A stretch of DNA of 64,000 nucleotides, taken from NCBI GenBank assembly GCA_030704615.1, contig CM060732.1, forward strand, positions 5,332,001 to 5,396,000, in the 5' to 3' direction. Position numbers and translations under genes: made by a program. Positions 63,826-64,000 of the stretch are shown here, in pieces. Position 1 is the stretch's first letter. Each line of letters begins with the position of its first letter. The notes under the pieces were generated by a model that saw only the letters and a program-made list of their open reading frames with translations, made no database searches and was not told the origin of the DNA. This stretch comes from Takakia lepidozioides. Its lineage: Eukaryota > Plantae > Bryophyta.

Positions 63826-63968
63826 TGAATGTCGTTGACGACATTCACTTCTTGTCTGAGTCATTCTTAAGCGAGTATATGAATTCACCTGGTTAGGATC
63901 TAAGGGTGCAATTATATTGTCCCTGATTAGAATTGATAATGTCCTTGAATGGCGTTGACGACATTCAC
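63826..63968. repeat. GAATGTCG-TTGA-CGACATTC palindromes in an intron of the ParB-like gene
   Basis: Two copies, at about 63827 and 63947; degenerate GTCG-TTxx-CGCC copies at 61640-61950. Confidence 0.75.
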
Positions 63969-64000
63969 ATACGGAGTTGTTGAGAGGTCCTCAGAGTTAT

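Overview
Eukaryotic, transposon-dense plant DNA with no intact host gene. PLS-type PPR pseudogenes point to a land plant with organellar RNA editing; a non-seed plant is my inference only. Contents: (1) A minus-strand Ty3/Gypsy-type retroelement (window start to 9568) with gag, protease, a DNMT3-like C5-cytosine methyltransferase, integrase and a PHD finger. RT and most of RNase H are deleted. Its termini look like split direct repeats (A1...B1-A2-B2) rather than ordinary LTRs. (2) Six Mutator-like (MULE) transposase copies (WRKY/GCM1-like Zn finger, DDE, Cys-rich module, SWIM). One lies in an element with TIRs and a perfect 9-bp TSD (20768-27014), and one is nearly intact (56894-60408). (3) Four copies or fragments of a multi-exon gene with a ParB/Srx-like domain (DGNHR). 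Two are head-to-head with a MULE transposase, and one is followed by a degenerate amino-methyltransferase-like motif. (4) Several arrays of family-specific palindromes that all share a CG-N4-CG core, mostly in introns of the ParB-like gene or in MULE non-coding DNA. (5) MITEs, a possible solo LTR and duplicated PPR fragments. Best candidate for an undescribed system: MULE transposase + ParB-like (possibly ParB-MTase) accessory gene + parS-like palindrome arrays. All domain calls are by eye; no database searches were run.
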